A stretch of 64,000 nucleotides of DNA from an uncultured Acidobacteriota bacterium (GCA_963777605.1 CAVZRV010000010.1:32001-96000), one strand, 5' to 3'. Positions 9,618-20,051 are shown, counted from the first letter of the stretch. Numbers and translations are program-made. The notes: a model not told the origin generated them from the sequence alone.

Positions 9618-10964
9618 TCACGGCACGGTTCCCGCAGGCGGATACGGCGCCCACGACGGACCCTCGTTTATACCATAGGCAGATACTTGCTTTAAATTGT
9701 CCCCGTCGGCATTCATGATGAAAACCTGCTTGCTTCCGGAACGGGTACTCTGAAAAGTAATACTGCGGCCGTCCGGAGCCCAGTGCGGACTCTCGTAACT
9801 ACCGCTGCCCCGGGTCAGCTGAAAGATCCGGCCCGAGGCAATCTCGACGAGATAGACGTCGTGCTTCCACTGCCGTGGAGCCTGCCACGAGTAGAGGATG
9901 AAACGACCATCCGGAGACCAGGCCGGACTGTCACAGTGGCCACCCTCCTGGATCAACCGCCGCACGTTCGATCCATCCGAGTCCATGACCCAGACTTGCG
10001 GAGACCCGGAGCGATCTGAGATGAACGCGATCTGGGCACCGGTCGGACTCCAGGTGGGGGAAGTGTCGATTCCGGCAGCGCTGGTGATGTTGCGCAGTCC
10101 CCGACCGTCCGGTCCCGAAACCGTAAAGATGTCCGAGTCGCGGCTGTTGCCCAGCCGGGCGGAGAATGCCAGACGGCCATCCGGGGCGAACGCCGGAGAG
10201 GAAACATAGGAACCGGAAAGATCGAGATTGCGAACCGGACCATCGATGTTCTGAATCCGCAACTGCCAGCGATTTTCCGTCGGAAGCTTGGTCACGTAAG
10301 CGACCTGCTTGCTGTCCGGAGACCACTCGGGAAACTTGTTAATCCCACCGTTGAACGACAATTGACGGGCATTCGCCCCGTCGTAGTCCATGAGCCAGAT
10401 TTCCTTGGCATCTCCTTTGAGCGACGCATAGGCGATCTTGGTGGTGGCAACTCCCTGACTGGCGCCGGCCGACAGTTCGAAGACGATCTGATCCGCAAAC
10501 TCGTGAGCGGCTCTTCGAATCAGGGTGACGTCCGTGATTGAGAATCGCTTTCCAAGGACCTGCTGCCGGGTCTGGACATCGTAAAGATAGGCTTCGACAA
10601 CCGACAGGGTCGCATCCACTTGAAGGTTCCCGAAAGCGACGAAGTCGGCATCCAGCGTCGGGACCTGCCAGTTGCTGAAGTCTATGTCCTGCGGTCCCCG
10701 GACCGGCTTGAGCGGGTAGAAGCTCTTTGACGGTATCTCGAAAAACCCCGAGAACGTCAGGTCGTCGAGGAGGACCCGATTGAAAACCGTCAGTGCGGTC
10801 TGGGTCTCGGCCGTAGCCGCGGTCTTGGGCGTGAAGTCCGCAACCGCCAGTCGAGTCGGTGTCGGTCTCGGGAAGATGGTCGCGTCCGTCTGCTGGGCCA
10901 CAACTGACGTCCCGGCAAAAGCAACCATCAAAAGCGCAATTGGTAACCAGAATCGGTCTCTCAT
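9618..10964 (-). CDS. tolB: Tol-Pal beta-propeller protein TolB
   Basis: TolB_N (AHEFADQI), IWLMDYDG, several PxWSPDG PD40 repeats. Confidence 0.93.
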   Translation of the reverse strand: MRDRFWLPIALLMVAFAGTSVVAQQTDATIFPRPTPTRLAVADFTPKTAATAETQTALTVFNRVLLDDLTFSGFFEIPSKSFYPLKPVRGPQDIDFSNWQVPTLDADFVAFGNLQVDATLSVVEAYLYDVQTRQQVLGKRFSITDVTLIRRAAHEFADQIVFELSAGASQGVATTKIAYASLKGDAKEIWLMDYDGANARQLSFNGGINKFPEWSPDSKQVAYVTKLPTENRWQLRIQNIDGPVRNLDLSGSYVSSPAFAPDGRLAFSARLGNSRDSDIFTVSGPDGRGLRNITSAAGIDTSPTWSPTGAQIAFISDRSGSPQVWVMDSDGSNVRRLIQEGGHCDSPAWSPDGRFILYSWQAPRQWKHDVYLVEIASGRIFQLTRGSGSYESPHWAPDGRSITFQSTRSGSKQVFIMNADGDNLKQVSAYGINEGPSWAPYPPAGTVP

Positions 10965-10984
10965 CGGCACGCACAACCCTTTCA

Positions 10985-11809
10985 TTAGCGGGGTGGATAT
11001 TCGAAAACTGCCTTGAACCGGACTGTCCGGTTTCTCAGTTCGTAGGGAAGCGGGGGCAGGGGATTGGCCGCCTGGATGGCCCGCATGACGGCCAGGTCTA
11101 CGCTGCGGATTCCGCTACGGGACTCCAGTTGAACGTCGGTAATCTGCCCGTTTGCCTGGACTACAAAAGTGGCAACCGCCTGAACCCGCCGTTCGAGATT
11201 GCCAAGCGACGTCTGAAGCCAGTTCTGCCCGACGCGCTGCTCGACCTGACGAACGTACCAGGAATCGATCGAGCCGCCCTCGCCGGAACCCGAACCGATC
11301 AGGACTCCACGTCCCGAACCGAAACCGCCACCCACGCCGCCCGCTCCGCCCTGGGTTCCCTTGCCGGGATCGGACTCTCTCGGAATCAGCCCCTTCGTTT
11401 CCGGTTTTTCCTCCGGTTCTTCCTTTTTCGGTGGCGGACGCCGTTCCGGCTCAGGTGGCTTGGGCTTCGGCTTGTCCTTCTCCTTGGTGAAAACCTTGTC
11501 GGGGATCGTCGCTTCCTCGACCGCCGGTTCCGGCTTGGCTGGAGGTGGCGGAGGAGCCGAATCGGGCCGCGATGTAATCGGAGGCTTGTACATTCCCGCT
11601 CCACCACCGGTGTCCGCAGCAAGTCCGACGGAGACAAAGTCACCCTGGCCACCGCCGGGTCCCATACCCAACTCGATCGGAGGGGGTTCCGGGAGTAGGG
11701 TCACTCCGACGGTGAAAAAGAGTAGGACGAGCAGGTGCAGAACGACCGAGATAATCACCGGCCGGCGCGACTGATCTTCCTGCAAATGTGAGTGCAGAAC
11801 CGTTCTCAC
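10985..11809 (-). CDS. tolA: TolA/TonB-family energy transducer
   Basis: N-terminal TM with SVVLH, Pro/Lys/Glu-rich linker, TonB_C/TolA_C domain; lies between tolR and tolB. Confidence 0.82.
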   Translation of the reverse strand: MRTVLHSHLQEDQSRRPVIISVVLHLLVLLFFTVGVTLLPEPPPIELGMGPGGGQGDFVSVGLAADTGGGAGMYKPPITSRPDSAPPPPPAKPEPAVEEATIPDKVFTKEKDKPKPKPPEPERRPPPKKEEPEEKPETKGLIPRESDPGKGTQGGAGGVGGGFGSGRGVLIGSGSGEGGSIDSWYVRQVEQRVGQNWLQTSLGNLERRVQAVATFVVQANGQITDVQLESRSGIRSVDLAVMRAIQAANPLPPLPYELRNRTVRFKAVFEYPPR

Positions 11810-12240
11810 GGTTCGACCACGCCTCCTTCCGTCTGATACGGACGGGTCACCAGGTTGATTCGTTCGTAGCCGGACTGACGAATTTCATCGACCACCGCGA
11901 CGATTGTCTTCCAACGAACATCTTCGTCGGCCTGCAGGAAAATCGGTCGGTCCGAGGCTCCAATATCCCGCTTGAGCAGTTCACCGAGTTCATTGAAATT
12001 GATCGTGTTCGAACGATAGTAAAGGAGTTCGTCCCGACTGATCGTAATCACAGCACGCTGCTCGGGGTCAACGGCCTTGACCGTTCGCGTTTGCGGTAGT
12101 TCGACTTCGATTCCGGTCTGGAGAATGGGAGCCGTGACCATGAAAATGATCAGCAACACGAGAACCACATCGACCAGCGGGGTTACGTTGATATCCGATA
12201 GAGTCGGCCGGGTACCTTCCGATCCCATCTGAAACGCCAT
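11806..12240 (-). CDS. tolR: TolR/ExbD
   Basis: INVTPLVDVVLVLLIIFMVTAP. Confidence 0.92.
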   Translation of the reverse strand: MAFQMGSEGTRPTLSDINVTPLVDVVLVLLIIFMVTAPILQTGIEVELPQTRTVKAVDPEQRAVITISRDELLYYRSNTINFNELGELLKRDIGASDRPIFLQADEDVRWKTIVAVVDEIRQSGYERINLVTRPYQTEGGVVEP

Positions 12241-12257
12241 GGACACCTTTCTCCAGT

Positions 12258-12974
12258 TTAGCTGAAACTCCGCTCGACAAGGTTGAGGAACTCAGCCGCG
12301 AAGTCATCCATTTCGGCACCGAAGTGGCGCAACCGGTTCAGAAAATAGTTGTACCCAATAACCGCAGGGATCGCAGCAAATAGCCCGCCCGCCGTCGCAA
12401 TGAGGGCCTCGCTGATACCCGGAGCGACCGATTGAATCGTGGTCGGTCCTCCCTCGCCGAGTCCCTGAAATGCATTGATGATCCCGACCACCGTTCCGAA
12501 GAGTCCGATGAACGGGGTCACCGATCCGGTTGTCGCCAGCCAGTTCAGCGATGTCTCCATGGTCAACATCTCCGCCATGGCTGCCTTCCTGAGGGCCCGA
12601 TCCAGTCCGTCCAGGCCGTTGACAACGGCTTCCCGCTGGGCATCGTCTGGATTGGACGCGCGTGATCTCGCGCTCTGGACACGGTGGTTGAGTTCAACGT
12701 AGCCACTCTTGAATATCCCTGCCAAGGGCGACATCGGGAAACGTTCGCACTCCCGGTAAATATCCGAAAGGCTGGAACGTCGCTGGAACTCTTCGTGAAA
12801 TTCCAGCGATTCAGCTTCTACCTTCGTGAACGTATTGTACTTTCGGATGATGATCGCCCACGACAGAATTGAAAAGAAGAGGAGAACCAGCAAGACCGCG
12901 ATAGCAATCGGGCCACTGTTCAGGATCAGCGACCAAAAGCCTCCAAACGAACCTTGAGCAATCAATCCAGCCAA
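12258..12974 (-). CDS. tolQ: TolQ/ExbB proton channel
   Basis: TPFIGLFGTVVGI, VAPGISEALIATA. Confidence 0.93.
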   Translation of the reverse strand: MAGLIAQGSFGGFWSLILNSGPIAIAVLLVLLFFSILSWAIIIRKYNTFTKVEAESLEFHEEFQRRSSLSDIYRECERFPMSPLAGIFKSGYVELNHRVQSARSRASNPDDAQREAVVNGLDGLDRALRKAAMAEMLTMETSLNWLATTGSVTPFIGLFGTVVGIINAFQGLGEGGPTTIQSVAPGISEALIATAGGLFAAIPAVIGYNYFLNRLRHFGAEMDDFAAEFLNLVERSFS

Positions 12975-13221
12975 ATCTACCCATCCTCCCGGGACATTCG
13001 CGGCCCCGCCGAGCTCTTCACAGACAAGAAACCTTAATAAACTTCGTTCAACGGCGCGATCACGGCCACCGAAGGCTCGCGATCGGTCGTGCCCACCCCA
13101 GCCTGAGATACCAGAAACTCCGGGAGGTCGGGCCCGGACATTTCGATTGTAACCGATGCCTCTGGCCGGATACCATTATCGGGTCCGGGCGACGAAGTGG
13201 TTCGCATTCCGGGCAACAACT

Positions 13222-14904
13222 ATGCTTCGTTTTGTCTCCATAGAAAACTTCGCTTTGATTCAGCGTGCTCAGATCGAGTTCCAGGCGGGACTCAATCTGA
13301 TTACGGGTGAAACAGGTTCGGGTAAATCGATCATTGTTGACGCGGTTGGGCTGCTGACCGGCGCCCGCGCCTCGCAGGAGATGGTCCGCCAGGGACACGA
13401 GACCGCCCGAATCGAGGGGCTCTTTCAGTTATCTCCCGAGAGCGCCGCCCGCGAGGTGCTTCGCGACAACGGCTTCGACGACTCTGAATCGGAGCTGGTG
13501 ATTCGCCGGGAAATCTCTCTCGGTGGCGCCAACAGGGTTTTCCTCAACGATCGCCTTTCTACGCTCGGAGTACTCGCACTGGTCGGTCGCCACCTGGTCG
13601 ATATCCTTGGCCAGCACAGCCAGCAGACGCTGCTCAACCCGGCGTCCCATCTCGATATGATCGACTGGTACGGCCGCCTCGGAGCCGCGCGGGAGGCGGT
13701 CTCCCGGCTGTTTGCCCGACTCAGCACCCTCCGGGAGCGGCTCAGGTTCATAAAGCAGTCGGAGAAGGACCGACTCCATCGGCTCGATCTCCTGAAGTAC
13801 CAGTGTCAGGAGATCGAAGGACTCAAACTTGCGGTTGGGATGGATGATGAACTGGCTGCGGAACGGTTGCTCCTGTCCAGTGCAGAATCCCGCCTGGAAG
13901 CCGCGCAGGAGGCCTACCAGCTGCTCTACGAGGATGACGAGGCCGTGGTGGCCCGCCTCGATCGCATCGGGCGCCGCCTCGAACAACTTGGAGAGCTGGA
14001 TCCAGCTCAGGTGGACTTGCCGAAGCGGCTCCAGGAGGCTCAGTTTCTGGTCGAAGAAGTCTCTTTCCAGATCCGTGACTATCTCGGCGACATTCAATTC
14101 GACTCCCGCCGGCTCGAGGAAATTGAGGAGCGGCTGGCAGATATCGACCGGGCCAAGCGGAAATATGGTGCAACCATCCAGGACGTTCTCAACTTCGCTG
14201 CCGGTGCCAGGCGGGAAATCGAGAGCCTGGAAAACAGCGAGGAGGAAATGGCCCGCCTCACGGCGGATATAGAATCTGCTAGCCACGAGTACGAGTCCCT
14301 GGCAACGGAGCTGTCGCACAGGCGACAGCAGGTATCGCAAACACTGTGTGATGCAGTTCAGCGCGAGCTCGCCGAGTTGGCGATGCAGAACACCATTCTG
14401 GAAGCCAGGTTCGAGCTGAGTCGAAAGGTCTTCACAGAGAAGGGAATTGACGAAGTTGAGTTTCTGATCAGCCCAAATCCCGGTGAGGAACCCCGTCCGC
14501 TGGCCCGGATCGCTTCCGGTGGTGAACTCTCTAGACTGATGCTTGCCCTCAAGTCGGTTTCCCGCGACGAGGACCGTCCGAAAACTCTGGTTTTCGACGA
14601 GGTGGATGCCGGAATCGGGGGAGGCACCGCGACCGTGCTGGGAGCGAAACTGGCTCGAGTGGCCCAGCGTCACCAGGTATTCTGTGTGACCCATCTCCCC
14701 CAGATCGCTGCCTTCGCTCAGCAACATTTCCACGTCGGCAAGTCGCTGCGTGATGACCGCACAGTTGTGAATATTGAGCGGCTCGACGAGGCCGGACGAG
14801 TTGAGGAACTGGCCCGGATGCTTGCCGGTGAACGAATCACCGAAACCAGTCGCCGCCAGGCCGAGGAACTGCTCAAATCTGGGCGAGAACTCATTTCCCG
14901 GTGA
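13222..14904 (+). CDS. recN: DNA repair protein RecN
   Basis: IENFALI, TGETGSGKS, ASGGELSR, FDEVDAGIGG, THLPQIA; start ATG 13222. Confidence 0.96.
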   Translation: MLRFVSIENFALIQRAQIEFQAGLNLITGETGSGKSIIVDAVGLLTGARASQEMVRQGHETARIEGLFQLSPESAAREVLRDNGFDDSESELVIRREISLGGANRVFLNDRLSTLGVLALVGRHLVDILGQHSQQTLLNPASHLDMIDWYGRLGAAREAVSRLFARLSTLRERLRFIKQSEKDRLHRLDLLKYQCQEIEGLKLAVGMDDELAAERLLLSSAESRLEAAQEAYQLLYEDDEAVVARLDRIGRRLEQLGELDPAQVDLPKRLQEAQFLVEEVSFQIRDYLGDIQFDSRRLEEIEERLADIDRAKRKYGATIQDVLNFAAGARREIESLENSEEEMARLTADIESASHEYESLATELSHRRQQVSQTLCDAVQRELAELAMQNTILEARFELSRKVFTEKGIDEVEFLISPNPGEEPRPLARIASGGELSRLMLALKSVSRDEDRPKTLVFDEVDAGIGGGTATVLGAKLARVAQRHQVFCVTHLPQIAAFAQQHFHVGKSLRDDRTVVNIERLDEAGRVEELARMLAGERITETSRRQAEELLKSGRELISR

Positions 14905-14974
14905 AGTGTCCCCTCTCGGCGTCAATCAGCCCAGCAGTCAAGAGACCCCGTTTTTCGCTAGAATGAGTAAACTC

Positions 14975-16333
14975 ATGGCCCGCACCTACTACATTGAAAC
15001 GCATGGTTGCCAGATGAACGAACATGACTCCGAAAAGATCGGGGGACTGCTCGATCACTACGGGCATCGCGCGGTTTCGAGTCCAGAGGAAGCCGATCTC
15101 TTCATCCTGAATACCTGCAGTGTCCGTGAGAAGGCTGTGCAGAAGGTTTACAGCAGGCTCGGTCAGTTGAAGGGCCGCAAGGCCTCCGATCCTGACTTCT
15201 TGATCGGAGTCGTCGGGTGCGTCGCCCAGCAGGAAGGTGAACAAATGGTGAAGAGAGCCGCGCACGTGGACATGGTGGTGGGGACCCACCTTTACCACGA
15301 ACTCCCGGACCTGCTCGAAGAGCTCGAGGGCCGCGCGCAGACGACCACGAATCACGGTTCGACGGTCGCCACGGAATTCCTGCCTGACGTCTCGCCGCCC
15401 GAGATCGCGGGAGTTTCCAGGGGAAGTTCATTCCGGGCAAACGTTACTATCATGGAGGGTTGTAATAAGCATTGCGCTTTCTGCATCGTCCCTTACACGC
15501 GCGGAAGCGAACGCAACCGGCCCTCTCGGCTCATTGTCGATGAGGTTCGGCGCTGTGCCGATTCTGGTTATGTTGAAATCCAGCTCCTTGGCCAGACCGT
15601 GAACAGCTACAAAGACCCGGAACGAAAAGGCTATCGCTTTGCTGAGCTCCTTGGCGAGGTGGCCACGGTTAACGGACTTAGAAGGATTCGCTTCACTTCG
15701 CCCCATCCCCGGCATTTCACCCCTGATGTAATTTCAGTTATTGCCGAGAATCAGAATGTGTGCGATCAAATCCACGTCCCGCTTCAATCGGGTTCCTCGA
15801 GAATCCTCCGTCGAATGCGACGACAGCACGACCGCGCCTGGTACGAGGATCTCGTGACCCGATTCCGAAGTTGCGGAAGGGAACTGGCACTATCGACAGA
15901 CATGATCGTCGGCTTTCCCGGAGAGACTGATCAGGATTTCGAAGAAACTCTTACCCTGGTTGAATTTGCGAATTATGAGCAGATGTTTTCCTTTAAGTAT
16001 TCGCCACGTCCCAATACGGAGTCCGAGACGTGGGAGGACGACGTCCCGCCCGACGAAAAGTCCCGACGTCTTACCACTCTCCAGGCCCTCCAACGCAAAA
16101 TCCAGCTGGAGATCCATCGCCGAAAGTACCTCTACAATGAGTTTGAAGTTCTCACCGAGGGAATCGCAAAGGACGGAATTCGCAAGTTTGGCCGCACCAC
16201 ATCCAACAAGATCGTCAACTTCTTCGGATCCGAAAAACCGGGAGACTTCACCGAAGTCCGGATAACCTCGGCTGGTCCCAACAGCCTCGTTGGAGACCCA
16301 CTGGTAGATTGCCAACTCGCAGACGCGGTATAA
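14975..16333 (+). CDS. miaB: tRNA methylthiotransferase MiaB
   Basis: THGCQMNEHDS, NTCSVREKA, GCVAQ, radical-SAM CNKHCAFC, IVGFPGET, TRAM domain; start 14963 or 14975. Confidence 0.95.
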   Translation: MARTYYIETHGCQMNEHDSEKIGGLLDHYGHRAVSSPEEADLFILNTCSVREKAVQKVYSRLGQLKGRKASDPDFLIGVVGCVAQQEGEQMVKRAAHVDMVVGTHLYHELPDLLEELEGRAQTTTNHGSTVATEFLPDVSPPEIAGVSRGSSFRANVTIMEGCNKHCAFCIVPYTRGSERNRPSRLIVDEVRRCADSGYVEIQLLGQTVNSYKDPERKGYRFAELLGEVATVNGLRRIRFTSPHPRHFTPDVISVIAENQNVCDQIHVPLQSGSSRILRRMRRQHDRAWYEDLVTRFRSCGRELALSTDMIVGFPGETDQDFEETLTLVEFANYEQMFSFKYSPRPNTESETWEDDVPPDEKSRRLTTLQALQRKIQLEIHRRKYLYNEFEVLTEGIAKDGIRKFGRTTSNKIVNFFGSEKPGDFTEVRITSAGPNSLVGDPLVDCQLADAV

Positions 16334-16343
16334 AAGAGGAAGC

Positions 16344-16829
16344 ATGGAACGGGAATTCAGAATCAAAGGGCTTATGATGGATCCGATCACCAACTCTCCG
16401 ATTGTGATCCTCCAGGATGTCCAGAAAAACACGCTCCTGCCGATCTGGGTGGGTATTTTTGAAGCCAACGCGATCGCTCTTCAGATCGAACGCATCGACA
16501 CCCCGCGTCCCATGACGCATGACCTCCTCAAGAACGTTTTGCTCCATTTCAACGCCGAAGTGGAAAAGGTGGTTGTGACCGAGCTCAGGGAGAACACCTT
16601 TTACGCCGTGATCCATCTCAACTGCGACGGTGAACCGATGATCGTCGACAGCCGTCCCAGTGACGCCATCGCACTCGCTCTGCGCACCGATGCTCCAATC
16701 TTCGTCACCGAGAGCGTCATCCAGAACAGCCGCAACATTTCTCTTGACAAGGAAAAGCTCGACCCGGATGAAGTCCGGGAGTGGCTCGAGAATCTCAAGC
16801 CCGAAGACCTCGGCAAGTACAAAATGTAG
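16344..16829 (+). CDS. bifunctional nuclease family protein (DUF151)
   Basis: LPIWVGIFEANAI, PRPMTHDL, DSRPSDAIALA. Confidence 0.92.
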   Translation: MEREFRIKGLMMDPITNSPIVILQDVQKNTLLPIWVGIFEANAIALQIERIDTPRPMTHDLLKNVLLHFNAEVEKVVVTELRENTFYAVIHLNCDGEPMIVDSRPSDAIALALRTDAPIFVTESVIQNSRNISLDKEKLDPDEVREWLENLKPEDLGKYKM

Positions 16830-16923
16830 CCGCGGCGGCGCAGGAAAGCCGCCCTCCTGGCAAGCCAGGCGAGCCCGATTTCTTAAAGCTGCCCGACAAC
16901 GGCAGCGATATTCCACGGACAAT

Positions 16924-16951
16924 ACTTAACATAATATATCTTATACGACCT
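16924..16951 (-). other. dif: XerCD recombination site (dif)
   Basis: Minus strand AGGTCGTATAA-GATATA-TTATGTTAAGT matches the 11-6-11 dif architecture (E. coli GGTGCGCATAA-TGTATA-TTATGTTAAAT); intergenic AT-rich island. Confidence 0.85.
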
Positions 16952-16974
16952 TTAATTTCTGGCGCGCCTGCCGG

Positions 16975-17002
16975 GAAAGCGGACTTCCCCGCTTTCTTCG
17001 TT
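16975..17002 (+). terminator. putative intrinsic terminator after recN-miaB-DUF151
   Basis: GAAAGCGG-ACTTCC-CCGCTTTC hairpin followed by TTCGTT. Confidence 0.55.
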
Positions 17003-17201
17003 GTGGCCCTAAGCGGGAATTGGAGGAGCGTGGCCCTTCTTAATCGTTCGAAGCGATCGGTTCAGGCGGCGGTTCAACTGCAGAGTTTCTTGATGAAGGC
17101 TAAGGATTTCGGGAATTGAAATTGGTACCTGGCCCCTCATTCAATCCCCGTTGATTCATCCGGGAATAGCGAGCGATTCGGTGAGCAGCAATGGATCGCC
17201 G

Positions 17202-17432
17202 CTAGGCCTTGCGGGTTGGGGGCGGAAGAATGCGGGCCTCAATGGCTGAGGAGAATCCGCAGGCTCGGTGCTTCCCGTCGCAAAACGGCTTGTTCTCTGA
17301 CTCGCCGCACCGGCAGAGGCCGATCACCGTGCGTCCTGCCAGGTCGAAGACGCTGTCGGATGCGTCCTTTACGACGAAGTCACCTGAAATGATGATGGGG
17401 CCGTTATCTTTGATCTTGATCTCACAGGGCAT
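17202..17432 (-). CDS. CDGSH iron-sulfur domain protein
   Basis: NGP, LCRCGESENKPFCDGKH. Confidence 0.92.
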   Translation of the reverse strand: MPCEIKIKDNGPIIISGDFVVKDASDSVFDLAGRTVIGLCRCGESENKPFCDGKHRACGFSSAIEARILPPPTRKA

Positions 17433-17494
17433 TGGAGCGACTCCTTTCCTGGAACCTTCTGAATCGAACCGGGAGCATCGGGAGTTGATGGCTA

Positions 17495-17725
17495 CTACAG
17501 GTAGCCCTTCTCCTGCAGGTGACGCTCCAAGTCCTCGATCCGGGTCTTGAATTCACCAAAAGTATCGGGGCTGACGGTAATTCCCTTCTTGGTGGGTTTC
17601 CACTCTCCCTCGTCATCTTCGTAATAGACGCGGATGTCAGCATAAGTCTTGCCCTTGAATTCAGTGACGCTGAAAAGGATCTTTTCGTTCCAGCCTTTCT
17701 CCATTTCGCCGATGACGTCTGCCAT
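17495..17725 (-). CDS. PC4/p15-family (YdbC-like) ssDNA-binding protein
   Basis: EFKGKTYADIRVYY...WKPTKKGIT; AGGAGGA SD before ATG 17725. Confidence 0.9.
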   Translation of the reverse strand: MADVIGEMEKGWNEKILFSVTEFKGKTYADIRVYYEDDEGEWKPTKKGITVSPDTFGEFKTRIEDLERHLQEKGYL

Positions 17726-17929
17726 TTCATTCCTCCTGGTGCTGTTGCCCCCGCCCGCAGGCCGGGATCGTGAGCGGCCGATCAAATGTCGCCAGCCGTG
17801 CAGACGTAAGAGCTTACTAGATCGTCCGCTAAGTGCTCAAGTTGGTCACGGCCGGGAGCCAGTGGTATAAAGATGCGGTTGGTGTGACCTGAGATGCGTA
17901 AGGCGTGTACCAATGAATCGAAGGATGAT

Positions 17930-18508
17930 ATGACCAAGCGAACCGGTTACCTGAAGAATTACCTGGATGCTACGATCCGCTCCCTGCAGGGACTTCCTCT
18001 GGACGGGATCGCCCGGCTTATCGAAATGCTGGAGTCGGCCCGGGATGAGGGGCGGCAGATTTTCATTTGCGGGAACGGTGGCAGCGCAGCCACTGCAAGT
18101 CACTTTGTGAACGACTTGGGTAAAGGAGCCAGCCTGGGGCGGGAACGGCGGTTCCGCCCGATTGCGCTGACCGACAACGTGCCCTGGATTACCGCCATCG
18201 CCAACGACCTCGACTACAGGCTGGTTTTCGTCGAACAGCTCAAGAACCTCGCCCAGCCGGGCGACCTCCTTCTGACCTTCAGCGGCAGCGGGAACTCTCC
18301 AAACGTCCTCGAGGCCGTCCGCTGGAGCCGCGAGTACGGGCTGACCACGGTCGGAATCACCGGAAAGTCAGGTGGCGCCCTGGCCGGGCTCTGTGACCTG
18401 GCGCTCCAGGTGCCGTCCGATCACATGGGAAGGATAGAAGACGCCCATTGCGTCATCCAGCACCTGATCGGCTATTACCTGATGGAGAACGTTCCCGGCC
18501 AGGAATGA
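17930..18508 (+). CDS. gmhA: SIS-domain phosphoheptose isomerase (GmhA-like)
   Basis: CGNGGSAATASH, TAIANDLDY..VF.EQ, SGSGNSPN, IEDAH. Confidence 0.8.
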   Translation: MTKRTGYLKNYLDATIRSLQGLPLDGIARLIEMLESARDEGRQIFICGNGGSAATASHFVNDLGKGASLGRERRFRPIALTDNVPWITAIANDLDYRLVFVEQLKNLAQPGDLLLTFSGSGNSPNVLEAVRWSREYGLTTVGITGKSGGALAGLCDLALQVPSDHMGRIEDAHCVIQHLIGYYLMENVPGQE

Positions 18509-18527
18509 CCTTCCCCAAAGCCTCTCC

Positions 18528-19712
18528 CTATCCGACGTTTGGCAGACCGTGCAGGATGATGGCCAGAACGAACAGGACGGCGCATGCCGGGAGCAGGAGT
18601 TTGAGCGCCTTTTGAACCGAGGTTCCCTTGGCCAGGTTCCCGATTGCCTTGGGCACGATGACGGCCCCGGCAAGACCAACCGCGAAAATAATGCCGAAAA
18701 GGCTTCCGCTGGCCCCCCCGAATTTCTCAAAGGTTACGCCGACCGTCGTCGGGAATGCCGGGGCAAAGACAAGCCCGGAAGCTGCAGCCAGAACGTAGGC
18801 GCCAGTCGGGCTGGTGACGCGCCCCATGATGACGATGATCACCGCCGAAACGACGGCTGCGCCGGCGATAAGCCAGCCCCCGGCCTGGGTGATCCCGGAA
18901 ATGCTCGTCAGAAGCCGGCCAACCATCATGGCAATCGCGAATGCGGAAAGGAGCCTGGCCGCAGAGGCATCAACCTGGTCGGTGGACAGGCCTGATTTTG
19001 CCCGGGAAATCACTTCTTTCCCGAACGGGGCAAGCCAGTTTGTGAAACTGGACTCGAGCGCGATGTAGCAGAAGAGCACCAGTGCCGCCACGATCGTGAC
19101 CGGTTCCTTGAGCAGTTCAAACGCGGAGCCCAGCGTAAATCCCTCGGGGGCAGGCGGAAATACCGCCAGGAGGCTGAAGAGCAGCGGCAAGAGGAGGACG
19201 ATTCCCAAGGCGGAAACTGCATTCTCGTAGGAAATCTTTCCAAAGAGGAAACTGACCAGAAACGGAGTCAGGAAAAGCCCGAGGCCGAAGAAGACGTTGA
19301 CGAGATTGTTTGCGGCAGCCGCATCGCCCTCGAACAGGCTCTGCACAACGCTGGTCCCGAGAACGTTCCCAGTCGTGTTGCAAGCCATTGCTCCGATGCC
19401 AAGAAGGATGCAGGCAACCACGCTCGCCTGGAAGCTCTTTGCCCGAGCCAGAATTAGAAAAGCTGCAGCAGCGGCAGCGAACCCGCCGATGGCAACCAGT
19501 TGGTATCCGAGGCTGTCCATCAGCACTCCGACCGCAAGTGAAGCAACCAGACAGGCCGACATGAACAACGAAATCATGGAACCGAACTGGGCCTGGTCAA
19601 TGCCCAGCCTGGGCATCATTTTGACTGCAATCGAACCGAGCAACGCAAAACACATACCCAGGCCGAACGATCCGCTCAGCCCGACAATAACGGTCCAGAA
19701 ATTGTGATCCAT
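18528..19712 (-). CDS. MFS transporter (FucP/sugar-permease-like)
   Basis: About 12 TM segments; FFGLGLFLTP, YIALE, MMVGR, FPT; start ATG 19712. Confidence 0.85.
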   Translation of the reverse strand: MDHNFWTVIVGLSGSFGLGMCFALLGSIAVKMMPRLGIDQAQFGSMISLFMSACLVASLAVGVLMDSLGYQLVAIGGFAAAAAAFLILARAKSFQASVVACILLGIGAMACNTTGNVLGTSVVQSLFEGDAAAANNLVNVFFGLGLFLTPFLVSFLFGKISYENAVSALGIVLLLPLLFSLLAVFPPAPEGFTLGSAFELLKEPVTIVAALVLFCYIALESSFTNWLAPFGKEVISRAKSGLSTDQVDASAARLLSAFAIAMMVGRLLTSISGITQAGGWLIAGAAVVSAVIIVIMGRVTSPTGAYVLAAASGLVFAPAFPTTVGVTFEKFGGASGSLFGIIFAVGLAGAVIVPKAIGNLAKGTSVQKALKLLLPACAVLFVLAIILHGLPNVG

Positions 19713-20051
19713 GAGCCCCTTCCCTCCTGATCCTGTTTCTGTTCGAACGCCGGATTCCCCGGGCCTTGGAAGACACCGAAGCCCGTCGCAAACCAGCGTC
19801 AGGATGCACGAGCGGTTTGGGCAAGTCAAGATGTTCCCCGCCCTTCGCAAGGAGAGTTGGAGAGCGAAGTTCCAGGGATGCAGGCACGGGGATGAACGCA
19901 CCCTGCGGATTCATTCGGAGTGATCGACGTCGAAACGACGCTCAGCTCGCAGCGCCCCGAAAACCTGTATAGTGTCAACGAATTCTTGCGCAGTGTAAAC
20001 AAAATCAGTGACAGTTGGTCGCTTTCAGGGTGTCAGTCTGGCCGTGTACCG

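Noticed and set aside
16830-17201. Integrated element (IMEX or prophage) at dif
   Set aside because: Only one dif copy seen and no integrase, rep or phage genes nearby
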